Below are positions 60,484-64,000 of a DNA stretch of 64,000 bases, in pieces. A model generated the notes under the pieces. The model worked only from the letters and a program-made list of their open reading frames with translations, made no database searches and was not told where the DNA came from. Source of the DNA: Eledone cirrhosa (taxonomy: Eukaryota); NCBI GenBank assembly GCA_964016885.1, contig OZ024762.1:8308001-8372000 (forward strand), read 5' to 3'. Position 1 is the first letter of the stretch. Each line of letters begins with the position of its first letter. Made by a program: the position numbers and the translations under genes.

Positions 60484-62959
60484 ATTTAGAGTAAACTTTC
60501 CGATTATGTGTGTAGTTAAATATGAAACTAAATGGTAATACGATATATGAAAACACAAATAAATAAAAACTGGACTTTTTTGAATTAGTGAAATGAATAA
60601 ATTTCATTTTGGACACTTCTCAAATTAACGAAACTTTTTTTGTTGTTTCGTAATACACGTGCTTTTAAAATGAAATTATTTTTTTACTTATACGCACAGC
60701 ATTAAGTTTATTTAGTTTGTAAAGTTGCAGACATATTTATAGAAAAGAGGGCTCTTCCGTGTGCCAGATTATTATAAAACTTTAAATATGAGAATCATGG
60801 CTAGGTTAATGCTTCTTAAGTCTATATATGTATATATTTATGTATGAGAGCATTTATTTTCAAATATTACTTGTACAATTAATGGCATAAATAACCAATT
60901 AAGGATAACAGCTGAAAGCTTGATTAATATTTTAATAAACAGCCTTGCATCTTCAGTGTGGATTTAAACTGTTAATTAAACGCAGGTCAGCCTTGATTGT
61001 AATTTGAGGAAATTTTGGCTGCTATTTCTAGCTCCCCTCATCGCATTCCGCTGGCTCTGTAATTCCCAGTGATTTCACGAACCAAAAGACCCCCCCCCCC
61101 CCCCAACTTCTAACAGTTGTTACTTATCTTCTCAGCTGACTGACTGACTTGAGTGATTTTTAACTTGAGAGAGAGAGTGGGTGTGAGAGAGTAAGTAATG
61201 TGACTGTGTGTATGTGTGTCATATGTCTATCATGTGATGTTTTTACACCACCGAGGAAGTTAGGCACTTTTGTGTGACCTCTTCTTTGTCATGTGTTCGA
61301 TGACACACACACACACACAGAGTTACTATTACACATTTAAACAACACATGAGTCACACATACGATATCATTAAAGTGTACTCGTTAACTTTGGAAATTTG
61401 AGATGAGCTCCATAAATGTTGGAAACTTCCCTGCCAGGCATCCCATGGAAGTCCTTGGCGGAACTTTTTTTTTCGTTTCTGAGGAACCCATGACATTGAT
61501 AATGAATTTGGTGAACACTCACTCAAGGGAGAAGAAATATTGAAGAAAAGTTTTTTGGAGATGTTTGTAGTACTCAAAACATGTTTATTTCATTTGAAAT
61601 AATAAATATAGGTTGATATATATACATACATGTGTGTGTGTATGTTTAAGCTCTTTAGCATTTAAACCAGCCATATCCGGCCAGAATTCTCTCACCTCTA
61701 TCTGTTCAAACCGGCTGTAACCAGCTGCTTATACTGATGTTAAGGTATTGTTCTCAAAATAAATAATATCAAAACCTCATAGATTCGATATTATGTGAGA
61801 TAATTATGTGAAATAAAGCCTTTACCATGAAAATACAATAGTAAATATAGAGTTATGTAAATGCTAAAGGGTTAAGTCTGTCCAATTCTTGATACCATCC
61901 AACCATATCATTCTTGGTTTCTACCTTAGTCTCTTTCCATCCATCTTACCCGCTATCAACTCTCCCTATTGACCATTTTACCACCCAATAAAATGTCCAA
62001 AATATTTTAGTTTCCACTTTTTGAGGATATCTAATAGAATTTCCCTAAATTTTATCAGTTCTAATACTTCATCAATGGTTTTATATTCTGTTCATGATAT
62101 TCTCAGAATTCTTCAATATACTCACATGTGGGTGACCTATAATGATAGGTGGAAGAGCGTGGCCTACTGGTAAGGGTGCTGGACTTACGATGATAATGTC
62201 ATGATATTCCTGGGCTAGATTCTGTGTTGTGTTCTTGAGAAAAACATGTCATTTCATGTTGCTCCTGTATACTCAGCTGAAAATGAGTACCAGCTATAGT
62301 TGGGGGTTTAACCCTGCGATAGACTGGCATCCTGTCCAGGGGAGAGTCTTGTACTCTCAGTCACTTCATGCCATCAAACCGGGATAAGCACCGGCCTAAT
62401 GAGCCTTCTGGCTTAAGACAGACTTCAGATATAAATATAGAGGCAGTAAATTGGCAGAATTGTTAGAATGTCAGATAGAATGCTTTATGGTATTCGTTCC
62501 AGCTCTCTGCACTCAGTTCAAATTCCACTAAGGTCCACTTTGTCTTTCATCCTTTTGAGATCGATACAAGAAGTACTGGGGTGGATTCTTCATCTATATC
62601 TCTTTCTCATTTCCTCTCTGTCACTTTCTATCATTCTGTGGAAGAGATCTGTTGTACTCAGGCCTGGAGAGGGATGGGCTTTGATAGGCTTTAAATACCC
62701 AAGAAACTTTATCAGGTGTTACAGAACCATACATATATCCATATATACATCTAATGATAGCTCTGTTGATCTATCATTGATTCTATTTTGGTTGAGGCTG
62801 CAGGATGATGATGATGATGATGATGATATGCCCATGTCTCAACTGTTTCAATCCCCCCCCCCCCCCCCAAAAAAAAACAATTACCATTATCTTCAATGAA
62901 TCATACATCCTTTATTGCAGCCCCTTCCTTATATACAAGTAACTCATAACATTTATCCC

Positions 62960-63320
62960 TTAACCCTTTCACTACCTATTTATAATAAAAGACACTGTCT
63001 ATGTCATTACCATATTTCTAATAAGACACTACCTATGTTATTAACCCTTTCATTACCATATTTCTAATAAAAGACACTGTCTATGTCATTAACCCTTTCA
63101 TTACCATATTTCTAATAAAAGACACTGTCTATGTCATTAACCCTTTCATTACCATATTTCTAATAAAAGACACTGTCTATGTCATTAACCCTTTCATTAC
63201 CATATTTCTAATAAGACACTGCCTATGTCATTAACCCTTTCACTACCATATTTCTAATGAAAGACACTGTCTATGTCATTAATCTTTTCATTACCATATT
63301 TCTAATGAGACACTGCCTAT
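62960..63320. repeat. 48-bp minisatellite, same family as 5772-6868 in reverse orientation
   Basis: Unit ttaaccctttcattaccatatttctaataaaagacactgtctatgtca; related array at about 53235-53485. Confidence 0.85.
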
Positions 63321-63375
63321 GAAATTCCTTTTAACTTATCAAACTTACCATTTCTTCCTTCTTTTTCTTCTTCAG

Positions 63376-63584
63376 GCAGTTATTTCTGTTATGACAACCC
63401 AGCAGCCCTTCAAGATCATATGTTGAAAGACCTCAATTTGTCAGAGACCCAGTTTATGAGTTATTACATGTGGTATTCTTGGCCCAATGTTATTCTCTGT
63501 TTCTTTGGTGGATTCTTAATTGACAGACTTTTTGGTGTGAGACTCGGAGCAATTATTTTCAGCAGTTTCGTAACAGTGGGACAG
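63376..63584 (+). CDS. MFSD1: MFSD1 coding exon 2 (gene continues beyond window)
   Basis: ttcag|, SYFCYDNPAALQDHMLKDLNLSETQFMSYYMWYSWPNVILCFFGGFLIDRLFGVRLGAIIFSSFVTVGQ; GSYFCYDNPAALQ and YSWPNVxLCFFGGFLIDR are characteristic of MFSD1; donor CAG|GTAAGA. Confidence 0.92.
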
Positions 63585-64000
63585 GTAAGATTTTTTGTCA
63601 GATTTTCTAGAATTTTCATCTAATTTTGATTCTCATAGGAGCAGATGATTGTGGATGATAGTCAGTGGGTGAAGAAGTGCCAGGAGTTTCAAGTGGAAGG
63701 AGACCATAAGAGAGGATGACCAATAAAGACATGGACAGACATCTCTTTTTTATATTATATATGGCTTAGTGGTTAGAGCATTGGCCTTGCAATCGAAAGG
63801 TTGTGAGTTCAATTCTCAGACCGGGTGATGTGTTGTTTCCTTGAGCAAGACACTTTATTTCACATTGCTCCAGTTTACTCAGCTATAGAAATGAGATGAT
63901 AGGATTGGAGCCCCTATCATTCCACTGTAAAGTGGTCGTGGAGGCACCACGTCAAAAAAGCACCCAGCACTCACTGTAAATGAGGTTGGTGTTAGGAAGG

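Overview
This window is AT-rich, microsatellite-dense eukaryotic (animal) genomic DNA. The SINE and repeat make-up suggests an octopus-like cephalopod, which is an inference. It holds three spliced genes reconstructed by hand from splice sites and codon phase. (1) The 5' part of AGPAT5 on the minus strand (coding exons 18530-18315, 6959-6881, 1232-1117), continuing beyond the left edge. (2) A complete 11-coding-exon GCDH on the plus strand (27151-52480; 1332 nt CDS, 443 aa). (3) The first two coding exons of MFSD1 on the plus strand (55489-55657, 63376-63584). Introns are filled with tRNA-derived SINEs, RTE and CR1-like LINE fragments, piggyBac, hAT and Tc1-type MITEs, a Merlin relic and many minisatellites. 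Almost all long ORFs in the supplied track are repeat artefacts. The most notable observations are: a dispersed set of sequence-diverse minimal type I hammerhead ribozyme motifs of Penelope/retrozyme type, including a perfect 90-bp inverted repeat carrying a ribozyme on each strand; a U12-type GT-AG first intron in GCDH; GCDH intron 6 flanked by six duplicated decoy donors and a duplicated acceptor that keeps the conserved WITN codon; and repeated birth of minisatellites inside transposon copies.
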